Of a stretch of 64,000 nt of DNA, positions 38,540-51,354 are shown in pieces. Origin of the DNA: Sphagnum compactum (lineage: Eukaryota); the NCBI GenBank assembly GCA_965153455.1, contig OZ234493.1, positions 2,418,001-2,482,000 of the forward strand, given 5' to 3'. Made by a program: the position numbers and the translations under genes. Numbering within the stretch: position 1 is the first letter of the stretch; each line of letters starts with the position of its first letter. The notes beneath the pieces were generated by a model, which saw only the letters and a program-made list of their open reading frames with translations, searched no databases and had not been told where the DNA came from.

Positions 38540-40410
38540 AAATCCACTAATGACAAGATATTGACCTATCTTGTTTAACCAAACTCAATGTGCAAGTTTG
38601 AAGTTGGACAAGATTTTCCTCAACTTGCAAGCCAAATTCAATTGTGTTTGATTCATGTAACTTGAAGATTTTTTTGGTACACTTCTTCTATATGTAGACT
38701 TCACGTCATACAAGGTTTTCCTTAACTTGCAAGCCAAATTAAGTTGTGTGTGATTCATGTAACTTCATGATTTTTTTTGTACACTTATTTTTACAAATCT
38801 CTATGCAGAATTGCATTCTTTACATTCATGTGATATAAGATCGTCCTTTTTGTTGTACCCATAGTGAAGATTATTGTCATTGGTACCATTCTAACAATTG
38901 AACTATGTGTCTCCTCATAATCTATGCCATAAGTTTGGGCACAACTTTTAGCAACCAACTTCGTGCATTTTACATGTTCATAAATCCATTTACACGTGTT
39001 TGATCTTGTACACCCATTATCATTCAATTGCTTTCTTGTCTTTGGACCAAAAGATCAATTCCCAAATAGCATTGGCATCCAATGTTACCATTGCCTCATC
39101 CATAGCATTGCCCCAATTAGGATTTTCAACTACCTACTCAAGATAGGTTTTACTTCTTGTATCACCCTAACCATATGTGCATAGTGACAAGTTGTAAATT
39201 CATCATATTTGAGATTCTCTACAAGATATTAAACTCGTGTGGATTTCACTACTTTAACATTGTTGTCAAGTATTTTTTTAAGTACTTCTTGGCCTTTGAA
39301 CTCTAATATTGACACTTGATAAAACTACCAGTTATTCATCAAGGTTGTTATCAAAGTCATTAAATTTTGCATCCACATGAAAAAATATCCAATTAATATA
39401 CTTAGGCATCAATCTAAGTAGTGTTAAAGTAGGTTACTCTTGATCTCATTTGTCATGTCCTTGGATTACCATTTGACCCCTGAATGAAAGGTTTTTTTGG
39501 TCCATTAGTCAACTATGTTGTTTTACATTTGGTGAAACGTCACCATTTTTAACCTCTCCATTTTTTGTTATTTCATTGATGAATATTAATTATTCATCTC
39601 ATCAAAAACATTTTTACTCACTTACAACTTATGAATGGAAGGCCCTTATTGTTCCAAAAAATATCCATTGAAAATGCATTTTGTAACTTTTGGATTGATT
39701 CTGGTTCTCTTTCCATCAAGGACATTCACATGTGCAATGCAACTAAATATTTTGAAATGTGGGACAACTAATTTTTTGCCTGTGAGTTTTTCCTTTTGTG
39801 TAATATCATGAATTATTACAAGTGGGTGTTTTGTTCATGATGTACACAATAAGCACTCTTGTTTCCACCCAAAAGTAATATGGCATTTTTGTCTCATTCA
39901 ACATGGCAAGCATTATTTTTGAAATGTGCATTTTTTCCTCTCAACAACACCATTCCATTGTGGGGAATAATTACATGAATAAATTTCCTCTAACTATCAT
40001 ATTTCTTAAAATACTAGTTGAACTCAATTGAGAAGTATTTTCTCCTTCCATTAAACCTTAGGCACTTTATGTTTGTGTCTTTTTTTCCAACCATGGTCTT
40101 GAGGTTCAAGAAATAATTAAACACTTCACATTTTGTGTTTCATGAAATATATTCATATTTTCCTTGTGTGGACATTAATGAAGTTCACAACGTATTTATA
40201 TCCTCCAATGGCTTTGGTTTCCATGGTTTACACATTAAAATGATCACCTTCAATGGTCTTTTGCTCACATAAGTTGTTCATGGAAATGCATGTTTAATTT
40301 ACTATGCAATAAGTTGTTCATGGAAATGCATGTTTAATTTACTATGCAATAAGTTGTTCATGGAAATGCATGTTTAATTCGCACATGCCTTCAACACCAC
40401 CTTTCTTTAA
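38540..40410 (-). mobile_element. Decayed Ty1/copia pol remnant (integrase followed by RT)
   Basis: Minus-strand integrase motifs YSPQWNGVVERK and MPYYFWVE (~39870-39980) lie upstream of RT motifs CKWIY, LVAK..AQTYGIDYEET and YHMNVKNAILHRDL (38791-39027), which is copia domain order. No LTRs seen. Confidence 0.85.
40269..40379. repeat. Perfect 40-bp tandem repeat, ~2.75 copies
   Basis: AAGTTGTTCATGGAAATGCATGTTTAATTTACTATGCAAT at 40271 and 40311, with a partial copy at 40351. Confidence 0.95.
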
Positions 40411-43400
40411 TATCATGTTAAGAAATAGGAAATCGTATGTGCTATTTATTGTGAGAAAACCAAACACATCAAAACATGATACTTACATTCACAAAACGTA
40501 AAATCAAGAACACATCACAAGATCCTTATTTACAATCAAAACATCACAACTTGCAATAATGTAGTGAGATTTCAAAACCACCAACATAAAGAGACTTAAC
40601 TGAAAAATCAAAACCAACAATAGACCAACTAAATTAAGTAATATAAATAATTAACCAAGTGACCTAGTTATTTCCAACTAACAATAAATAACAAAGTTAT
40701 CAAATTGAACTTGCATTATCAAGAAAAGGTTGTGTGTGTGTGTGTGTCTATATATATATATAATTTTATTTTATTAAACCTTAAAGTCAATTTCATCATC
40801 AAGTAACCTTAAAATAATGAAATGAATTTTTGTGAAAAAACATCATAATTATCACAAGATACAATATGAATAATTTCATTCCTCATATAACAATATCATA
40901 ATAAATCATGAAAATAATAACATTTTCAAATCTGAAACTAATTAATTTATTGAATTTTGTAAAATATCCATCTAATCAATGTTGAAGTGGCCCTAGGCTA
41001 TGGTATACTGTTACAACCTTATAACATTGTGGAACATAGTCTCCCTAGGTAAAGGATTGGTAACTTCCACAAACCCTAACCATTTCTCTTATATGCAATT
41101 ATTCAAAGCTTGTTAAATTAAAAATGCTTTGAGTTGGTTTCTTTCAAGTAAACCTTCTCCCCTTTTGTTCAAAAAATGGGCATGAAAACCACACAAACTC
41201 CTCACCCTTTTTCAACTTAATTATAACCCTAAAATGCCCCAACTTTCATATTTTTGACAAAGAAAATCCATAATTTTTCATGAACAAGGTGATCTTCTAT
41301 AACAACATTCATTCAAGTTACATGATACAAAAACATTCCTGCTAAACTTCAAAATCAATACCTAGCTAACTCCAAAAGTCTAACCATTCTACTTTCCAAC
41401 AAGTTTGAAATACAAAGAAGGTTTTGACAACAACCATTGAAAACTTGCATGCCTTGAAGTACTAAGAATTCTAGGATCACCTTGTGATTGGTGTTATTTC
41501 CCATACCCCACGGTCTTCCTCCCACAACCTTTAAATTGGGCTCCTCCCTTCACCTCCTCATAATGCAATCTATCAAAACGTTCGTACAATTATTGCTTGA
41601 GAAAAAAAAGTTTGTACAACATTTTGAAATGGAAAAAGGCATGGCCTATTACAAAAAGGTTTCATAGTGTGTACATCATTGCATGTTACAAGCATAAAAA
41701 TTTGTGAATTTGTGCTTGAGGAAATGGGAAATTTTTGTTTTGAACACTAACATTACAATATTTTTATGTTGGTCACATTTAAGACCATTGGCTTGTTCAA
41801 TGTTTTTCCTTATTGTTTTTCAAAGGGGTTTAAGTTGTTTTAACAGATGGCAAGAAAAAAAATTGTCCCACAATTTAAAAGGCTATTACACCAGTGAATC
41901 CTTTTTTTTAAAGGGCATTCAGAAGAAGATTCCTTACACACACACACACATTTGTTTTATAATCTTACTATAAATAAGGACAACTTATTTCTTATATTTT
42001 ATGTCCTACACTAAAGAGATATTAAAGACATCCGTAAAGTGAATTGTGACCTCCTCTCAGACCTTTTTCCATCTACTAAACTTTCTTTCAACCTATAAAC
42101 ATTGTTATCCATTAATTAATGAAATCTTATTAGTATGGGTATAAAATGTTAGAACTTATGATTCAATGCACGAGGTTCAAAAGTATTTATAACTACAGTA
42201 CACACAACAACAAAACTGATTGGTTGAAGGTAATCAAGAAAAAAAAGATGGTGAAACTCAAATTTAGCAAAATTTAGTGTTAATTTGGGGTTCAATCCAT
42301 GTTTAAACCCAATATATTTTTTTCAAGATTTTTAACAAATCTCACCCCCTTTATGACCAAATAGGGTACTAGTGTTGTGTTTTCCTTATTTTGTGGATAT
42401 TATTGAATCACAAACTTTCAAACTTTGAGGCAATTATCAACTTTTCAATATTTTTCGAATTTTTATTAAATTTTTATCCATGAATTACAATAATTTAATA
42501 TGGTGGAAGCTTGAAGAGTATCTTGTTCAAATCGGTGCAAAGTTGACAAAAGGTATAATTGTTTCATGTGATTATAACAAATTCATGCAAATGGGATTGT
42601 TGTCAACAAAACCTCATCAAAAACATTAAGAGGTGTACCTTTCAATTGTCTAATTTTTATATCACTTTTTGGTCTTGATATACCATTATTAGATTGGGAT
42701 TTAGCCTTCTACAAATGAATAGGGGTAAAGGTCAGAAGAATAATAGTTTGAGTTCTTGAAAACTTTTAATTTCGAAAAGTTTATTAGGCACAATTTGACT
42801 ATAAGTATTTTGTGATTGTTAATGTTTATAAACATTTTCAACAATTCATGAAATTGTATTCACAAGTTAAAAACATCGAGAAGTAACTTTTATTTCAAAA
42901 TTATTTGACTTATGAATGTTTCCCCATACCCATGGAACATCCCACATCAAGCAATTGTGCCATTTATAAGGAGCTAAGTTATTAGTATTTTAACTGACAT
43001 CAATTGCAAGAAGTCACAAAGTATTTAAACAAGGAAGTTGGGAGTATGTAGATGTGATTGGATGTTCAAGCTTGTGAAAAATGGATTTGTTTTCGATGTT
43101 GTTTTGGTACTTTTTTAAAAAATGACCATGTCTTAAATGGTGCAAATCACACTAAAAAGAAATATTGCAAAACATGCATTTTTAGGGTGAAATTTTGAAA
43201 ATTTAAAATGTAGAGTAAAACTTTATGAAAAGGGTTGTGTGGAAATAAGGGACATGCTCCAAACAAGAGCTACAATAAGTCTCATGCTTATACTCAACCT
43301 GTCTCCAAGGATTTTACTGAACTAAATTTTGTGCCCATGTTTGCCAACAAATGAAGAATCATAGTTTTCACACAAAAAGGGTTATAAAAGTGTGTGATCT

Positions 43401-46400
43401 TGCAAAAAAGGGGGTGAAAAAACATGAAATCTTGTAAGAGGCACAAAATTCCCTATCAACATTTATCAAAACGTCCCTCCCCTACAAAGTGGGAGGAGAC
43501 TAATGTTTAATACAATATGCCCAAATTAAAAATGCAATTTTTGTGGGCCAATTCTTAATGTTATTATAATTTTGCTACCAACTATGTTGTTCTTCAAACC
43601 ACCATGACCTTCAAAAGCATATTTTTCAACAATACGGAAATGGGTGCAAAGTTCAAATTCAATTGTCAATTCCACCATCTTGAATGTTTCCAAAGAAGGA
43701 GAAAAGGTTATGTGGTAGGTAAGGCCCTAGGGGGAGGGTGTTACCAGAATAAAATGGTTGGATGACGCACAATTAAACATTGCCCCAATTCTAGTAACCT
43801 CATGTAATAATCAATATAAAAAAAATTATTCTTTTATGTGTGATATTCAACAAGTATTTGTTGGGTATCATGAGAAAAAAAAACCCAAAAAATGATGTTT
43901 TGAAAATCATAATGCATTTTAGTTTTTGAAATGCCTTGCCTTGAATGCAAGAAATATTGATGTGAATAATTGTGTGTGTAGGTACATTAGAAAAACAACT
44001 TTAATGTTATCATAAGAAAAAAATAATTTACAACTAGTTTATCATGGTAGGTGTGTTAAATGTGATAATTGTTGTAGATATGTTGATGGTGAAAGTTTGC
44101 AAGTGATTATTACATTGATGCCAATAGGTTGCTTGTTGTGGCCATGTGCACATTATTTGGGGAACAATTGATATAAAAGCATCCTCATTGGTGTATTACA
44201 CAACAAGTTTTGAATGAAAAGAATAAATATTATGCCATTTTTGGGGGAGCAAAAACATTTGTGCACATGATGTTACTGTTGGCAAAAGATTTTACGAAAT
44301 CTAACACCTACTATTGATTGCCCATATTGATTGATTGGTTTAGGTGGTTTGCTATTATTAATTTCCTAGCTTTTATAGTTTCAATTTCATGTTTATGGTG
44401 GGGGCATGGGAATGAGTAAACCATCCATCTTGGATGTGAAATTTACTATTCGAAGCCCAAATGCAAATATAAATGGGGCTATTCTAACTAGTTTTGGTGT
44501 TTTAATAATGTATTTTTGCAAGCTTGTTTTTAGGTGGAACATGTGGTCATTTGCTTATTCCACTTTTGGTTCTCCCATTTTGACATGTGATATGATTAAT
44601 GCTGAGGAACATTGTATTGATGTGGATCAAAGATGGGGAACATTAGTGATTCTCCAAAACAAACCTTCATAAAACTTGACAAAATCACCTCTAGTCATAT
44701 TAAATTTGATTCACTACCAAGTGGAACATGCCCTACCAAGTCTATTCCATAATATGTTATTCACTGCAAAAACAACTGTTGGCAAAGCACATTCCTTATA
44801 AATGTTTGTATGTTGAGTGAATTGTTTGGTATACTCTTTTGATCACAATACATGCCATTAGTTAAAAGATTATATTAATAATTATAGTGATGTGAATAAT
44901 TTGTTGTTTTGTTGTTCAATAAAAATTGGTTGAATTTGTCACATCTAAATAAAACAATATTGTTTATGTGTGTGTGTTGTCCCACATTCCTATGTTAACA
45001 CCTACAACCAATGATGTCAACACACATGCAATATATAAATGCTTTGAATGGTTCAACACAAGAATCCAAGCCTAAAAAACACAATGCAAATCACACAATT
45101 AAACTTGCATAAACTATTGAAATCTTACAACAACAAAACATGTGTGTTTTGGAATTTCAAATCACCAAAAATGATTCGAGATCACATAACTTGAAATTAT
45201 ATCCCATACACTAAATATTTTGAATCACATTCACATTGAAGTTAATCCTAAATTAACTTACCTTAATTTATTTATAATAATTAGGATGAAAATATGTAAC
45301 AAATGGGCTTATTCAGGGTTGGGGTTCCAAACAAAGGAAAAATGATTATAAGACATTTATGGGGCTACTTTTTGCAAATAACATTTACTTGAAACAAATT
45401 TAAGTGAGAAAAATTGAATACTGCAATTTAAAATAATTCATGTGGTGGTGGTGAGTTTTCACATTCATACATAATTGTGCATGAATATTTTGATTTATAG
45501 CCAAAAACACAAAAATTCTCAAAAAGAGTTTCAATGGACAACCGAACATGTTATTTGGCAAGATTATTTCCTGCACATGTGACTCACACCTCAAGCTAGA
45601 CATTTTGAACTTGTTGAACATAATTTTTTTATCAAATGGTTAAAAAAATGAATCCTTTTCCTTGCAACCTTTTCTTTCAAAATTTCAAATACTTTGAAAT
45701 TTTTGTATAATTTAGTTTTTCATCAAGTTCATCTAATGAACATGTACTTTTATAGAAGGGGGCATGTTTTTATTGTAAAAATAGTTTGAAATCAATTGTA
45801 TGATTTTATGCCTTCTTTTTAATTCCTTTAAAAAAACATGCAGTTTCAACATTTGATATAGTTAATTTACAAGACTCAAAATGACATTTACATACTATCC
45901 AAATTATTTTAAAATACTTTTATTAATTTAACAAAACATCATTCGATCTATTTTCATACAACAATCCAATACAACTATAATGTTGTAAGGTAAAAAAAAA
46001 TCCAAAATTGTCCTTTGTAATTTTTAAAATACAAATCAATCTTTTTTGGTACCCCAATCATGAATACACCCAAATTAAAAACTCCTCACAATGTCTGTGT
46101 CCATATAACAATGAATTTAAAGATATTAAATGTTCATAAAATAACAAAATCGTATGATTTATTAGCAATACAAATAGTTTGCCCTAATGTAATCTAATGA
46201 AATCTCATATTTTGTTTCCACTATATTATTAAACTATGAAGGAAGGTTATTTATTTCTTTTGTTTATTTGACATGTTGAAATTTCACAAACTATGACACC
46301 TCTTGTCATGCTTTCAATATTCTTAGAAAGCCCTCAATGAATAAGGTTGTATCCAATTAGTTTCACAATGTTTTGAACAATGATGGAAAATTTATTGAAT

Positions 46401-47213
46401 ATTGAACATTTTTTTAATAAAATTCGTTACAATCACAACTCCAATTTATAAGGAAATTTGGTTGAATTTTTGATACATTAGGAAAGATCTCAATGAATAA
46501 GACTTGATGAACATAATTTGGAAAACACCTAGACATTAGTTGCAAATGATATTAAATTTTGAGTAGTTTTCATCATTGGAAGTTCAGTTAAATTACAAAA
46601 AAAGGTTTTGGAAGGATAGTTGTTGGGTTAAAAGTTCATTCCTAAACCAACAACACAAGCATTTATGATGGAAAGTCACATGTTTGCCAAAAAAAAACCC
46701 ATCCATCTGTTTGTAATATGGAACATTTTAATGTACAACATGTTGCTATACGTTTTCTGCACAATCTAACATGCGAGTTCGAAATGAGACATGATAATGT
46801 GAAGTTCCAGTAGATATAAAGCCAAAACCATTAAACAAATCTAATAGATGTCATGGTAACATGTCTCATATCAAACAATAATACCCAATGCACATCACAG
46901 GTGTAGGCTATGTGAAATCACCAGATTACACTACCTAGAATTAATTCACATATATCAAGTTAGTTGTCTCAAAGTGAAGTTCTATGAATTAAAGTGGTGT
47001 CCTCAGTATCCAGGACACCACTTTAGATAGAAGTTCTCAATACCCCTGACTGGCAGATTTCTCCACTACATTCAATATCAACAAGATGTTGGTTTTAAAT
47101 GCAACCAGACCGTGAACTTTAGTCACAGCAAAATGGCATGATTCCAGTAGATTTGATGGTAGGATAATAATGCAAAAAAGAAGAGACAAGTTTCAAAATG
47201 AAAAAAGAACCCA

Positions 47214-50200
47214 TCATCTCTTTCCCCCACAGAGATTAACTCTTCCCTGTGTAATCCTTTGCCTTAACTGGAACCTCTCAAACAAAAACTCATCAACATT
47301 CACAGCACCTTCATCCTTACCTCTTTCTCGCTTCATGCTTTTGCCCCACTTCACTGACTTCCAATCCCATGCCTTCTTCCACTCTGTCAAGTCTGCTGCA
47401 GCCTGCAAAATAATCAGGACTTGCGGTCAAGGCAATTGATCCCCACTGGCTGCAATGAGTTCTGCAGCAACACTCTGCCTGTCTAAAGCTGATATGATCC
47501 CTGATCCCTGAGAAACATATCAATTTCACTTGGAAGCATAACTTTCTGACCGGAACAGCTTGTGGTCCAAGTTGAAACAATATTATGAGAATGCAGCCAA
47601 GAAAAAAAGTGGTTGAAACAGCTGACCTTCTCAACTTGTTCTTTGCGGTTGAGGGTATCAACTTCTGGCTCCCACTCTAGCCAAGGCAGACACATTCCCT
47701 CATCATCTAGAGGCACACAGTCTTTGGTATTCCCAGCTGCCTTTCCAACAAGTAAAGATTCACCGAAGTTCTGACTACTTGATTTCCTCAAATGGTCTGG
47801 TCTTTGAGGAACTTCTTGTCTGTGAGCATGGCAAAGGACAGAGTCTGAGTCCGTCTCAACTGGCCAGTCGAATGGCTCCTCATTCTCAGTAGACAGAACA
47901 TCCCTTTCTTGGGAAACCATAAGGCAGTCTACCCCTAATGACTCCAACTTCTCAATGGAAACACAATCTTCAAAGTAACGCTGTGCTTCCACATCCAATG
48001 ACTCTCTCATAATATCCTTGTCATCCTGAAAACAAAGAATCCACAAGACCCTGCTGTTTTGAGCCATACAACTGATAGACATCAATGCATTGACTTAGTT
48101 CTTACAGCACTTCAGAGATGAAAACTCTGGCTGTTTGCTTGCTGATGTCCTTTGACATTCTGTTCCTTAATCTAGCTCCAGCCAGCAAGAAAAGAAAACA
48201 CATGCCTGAACTATTCTCAGAAGATCTGCTGACTGGTTGAAAACCTTGGACCTCCTTCCTGATGTAGTCTACCAACAAAAGAATTTCTGCTCAGCCCATA
48301 AAATTGGAAAGATGAACAAACTTACACTCAAAACCAAAGAAGATCTTCGCTGAGTTTGTAGGCATTCTTGTTGTCTTGAAACCAATTCCTTGACAATTCT
48401 AACAGTGTCAAAACACCTTTGCTCTTCAATAGCTAGCTGGGACCACAGTTCCTGAACCTTCCTCTCAGACTGCAAACGTCCAAAAAATACATCATTGTGA
48501 GTAGACACAGTTTTCAGTACATTGTCAAGCTCAAGGGATAAGTTACCTACCCACCACAGATGGTATTTGATGGCAAAACGGAGACCATTGGTGCTCATTT
48601 TTTGATCTGGTGCCCACAGCAGCACATAAGGTAAATCATACACCTCAACCCAAGATCTCAGATCAGGTGCATGAACTCTCAACATTGAAATTTAGTGGAG
48701 TTCCAGACAAACCTGCTCAAGCTGGGCTGCATAAACCTTCCATGCATCATTTGAAATTGCTTGGAAATTTCTATCTCCTGAGAAACTTTGGGCAGAAGAC
48801 TCTTTGCTTTCAAACTGTTAGACAAGCAATAAACATGTAGTTCAGTACCATCAAGTTTGATGGGTTCAATGGGTTCAACTTGGAACACATCTAAAAACTA
48901 TAGAATGAAGTTGTATCAGAGACAGGACTGGTGAGAAAACCTCAGAGACACACCATCATCAGGACACCAATCTGACAGAACCTGGCAAATAAAATTCAGC
49001 TGTAAAAGCTGAGTCCATTGAAGTAGTCCATATCTTGTCAGCAACCCTAAAGCATTTGATGTTGGAAAGCAAAGTAATCAGCCAGGAATTACCTTTTTAA
49101 GTTCACTGCATGCCTCTGCTACTGCTCGTCTAACTTCAGCTCTCATCACATCATAAACTTTGATGGCATCTGTTTCCCGTGATGGTGGCTCCATTGATTT
49201 TCCATGAAGCTGCCACACAAGATTCAGCAGTATGGATACATACATAGACATCCTCACTCATGTTCTTTGCACTCATATAAGCAAAACTACTGGCATCATG
49301 ATCCTTCTAGACGCACAACAAACCACCAAAGGAGAACCCAAGGGTGTGCAATGAACCACTTAAGCTTCACATAGACATACCTTTGCCTTGAGGCCAGTTC
49401 CTGCTGAGACAGAATCAGCTGACACTTCTGAAGACACATCATATAGGCAGTTGTAACAGAGGGTCTGAACCTTTGTGTGTGTGTGAACTGCTCGGATGGT
49501 CTTCTCTTCAACTTGCACCTCATTACCATCCTCTCTTTGGAGAGAGTCGTCCTTGAGCACATTTCCTTTTCTCTGGAAAGCAGAAATTAGGTTCTAAATC
49601 GGAGAGGATTGTACACATTTTCTAGCATTCATAAAATTCTTCTTCACAGGACCATGAGGACTCCATGCATAAGATGTCAGTTTAGAATGTATGTGGAGCT
49701 TACATAGTACACTGGAGTGCTGGGCTCCAACATGAGGTCAAGCTGACTCATGGACCTTCTCAAGCCGCCAATTGGTTGTCGATAAGAATGCTTGCTATGT
49801 CCATTTCGTTGCACGGATTCTTTGGAAGAATGGACAACAGCTTCGTTATCTGAGCCGTGATCACGCCTTCTCTGATCTGAACGCCTCATACTCCTTGGTT
49901 CTGCTTCACTCTGCCACAAACAGCCGTCACGATCCAATTGCGAAGAACTCAAGAGTAGCATGACTGCTGCATTATGATTGAAACGCATTTTCCTAGGATA
50001 TTAGGGTAGACGGAAAGAATGATGGAAACAGAAGGAGAAAAGCTAACCTCAGAGCCGCTAGGCAAATGACGAGCGGAAGATCTTAAGCCCGAGCTGCTAC
50101 GGAAACCACCAGGATTCTCCGCTACAGCTAGGGAGGAGGAATCAGTGAAGTAACGCGAAGAAGACAAATCCGCAAAGCTCCGCGTCCTTCTGTGCATGCG

Positions 50201-50425
50201 ATCATTCTGCTTGGCAAATTGCTGCTGCTTGGTGGGAGAGGCTGGCCGAGATCGAGATGTGGGAGAAGAAGAAGGCATCCGTTTCACAGGGCTGCTGCTC
50301 GGCCGTGATCGCCGTACGGGACTAGTGTTTCTGGAGTGCGGAGTTGATGGCACCTCCACTTCCACTCCCCGTATGTTGCATGTCCTTCTAGTCCGCGTCG
50401 TTGCCTTGAACGCCGCAACCGCCAT
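47214..50425 (-). CDS. Uncharacterised plant-specific Ser/Arg-rich coiled-coil protein, ~545 aa. Exons 50425-50048, 49910-49704, 49572-49471, 49209-49093, 48814-48713, 48469-48326, 48025-47627, 47402-47214
   Basis: All junctions are GT-AG, phase 0. Blocks recalled from a conserved family (At3g50910/At5g66480-like): MAVAAFKATTR, EEKTIRAV, VYDVMRAEVRRAV, YAAQLEQSERKVQEL..EEQR, EAQRYFED, LPWLEWE, EFLFERFQLRQRITQGRVNLC. The 3' end of exon 3 and the last intron are the least certain parts. Confidence 0.82.
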
Positions 50426-51090
50426 CTCTCTTCTTCTTCTCCCCGACTCCCTCTTCAAAAAATCCTCAACCTCCACAAAAACCAACTCTCGCACATTTCC
50501 AAACCACAAAAAAACAGAAAAACAAAAAAACAAACTCCCAAAAACGTCCCAAAACTCCTACAAATCCACGACAAAAATACACATAGACTCTCTCACTCTC
50601 TCTCATTCACACACAAAAGAAACTCGTGATTTGCACACAACACGGGAATTGCAAACAAAAGAAAGGGCAGCATTATACAAAAGGAAAAAACATTCAAAGA
50701 CACTAGACGCGGAGAGAGAGACGCAAGTAAAGCACTACCCCCACGGCTCCGAAACTTCCCGACGCAATCAAAACTGAGTGTGCATTTCCAAAGCATATAC
50801 CCGCACAAGAGAACACACATACACGCACACACACACACAGAGGGAGAAGTGGTGCACATGAGCAATAGCAATAATCGGACCCTTTTTAGTTCAAATCCTA
50901 AGTAGTTCAAAAGAACAATAAATGAGAGGAGAGAGAAGCGGCGGCGGCGGCCCAGCGTGTTTTTTTTTTATAATTTAAATTTAGTGGCGAGTTTTCGCCA
51001 AATGGAGAATTTGTTTTTCAACAGGACGGAAATTTTGTGGTTTTTTGGGGGTTTAGATCGATGTTTTTTTTTTTTTTTGGTCTCATTTTC

Positions 51091-51354
51091 ATATTTTTAA
51101 TCGCCAAATATAGCTAAATTTTCTAATGGATGATCGTCACTTCAGCTGCATCACAAAATTGAAAAAAAAAAAAAAAAGAAGCAGAAAAAATGATTTTTTT
51201 GGGCTTTAATCGCCAGCTGCTATCCTAATTCCTTGCAGTTGGTAGCCACGAAAATATATGGATGTCAGTTTTTTTCGTTTATATATTTTAAATCGTCAAA
51301 TATGGCTAAATTTTCTTATGGATGATCACCACTTCAGCTGCATCACAAAATTGG
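51091..51354 (+). repeat. Two copies of a short interspersed repeat (AATCGCCAAATATGGCTAAATTTTCT..TGGATGATC..CACTTCAGCTGCATCACAAAATTG)
   Basis: Copies at about 51091-51177 (with an A-tail) and 51283-51354. More diverged relatives lie near 8690-8750, 23535-23595 (reverse) and 24465-24535. Confidence 0.75.

Noticed and set aside
48941-48982. Possible extra exon in the coiled-coil gene
   Set aside because: About 41 nt between AG and GT would break the phase-0 frame.
50196-50777. 193-aa plus-strand ORF
   Set aside because: Antisense to exon 1 and the low-complexity 5' UTR of the coiled-coil gene.
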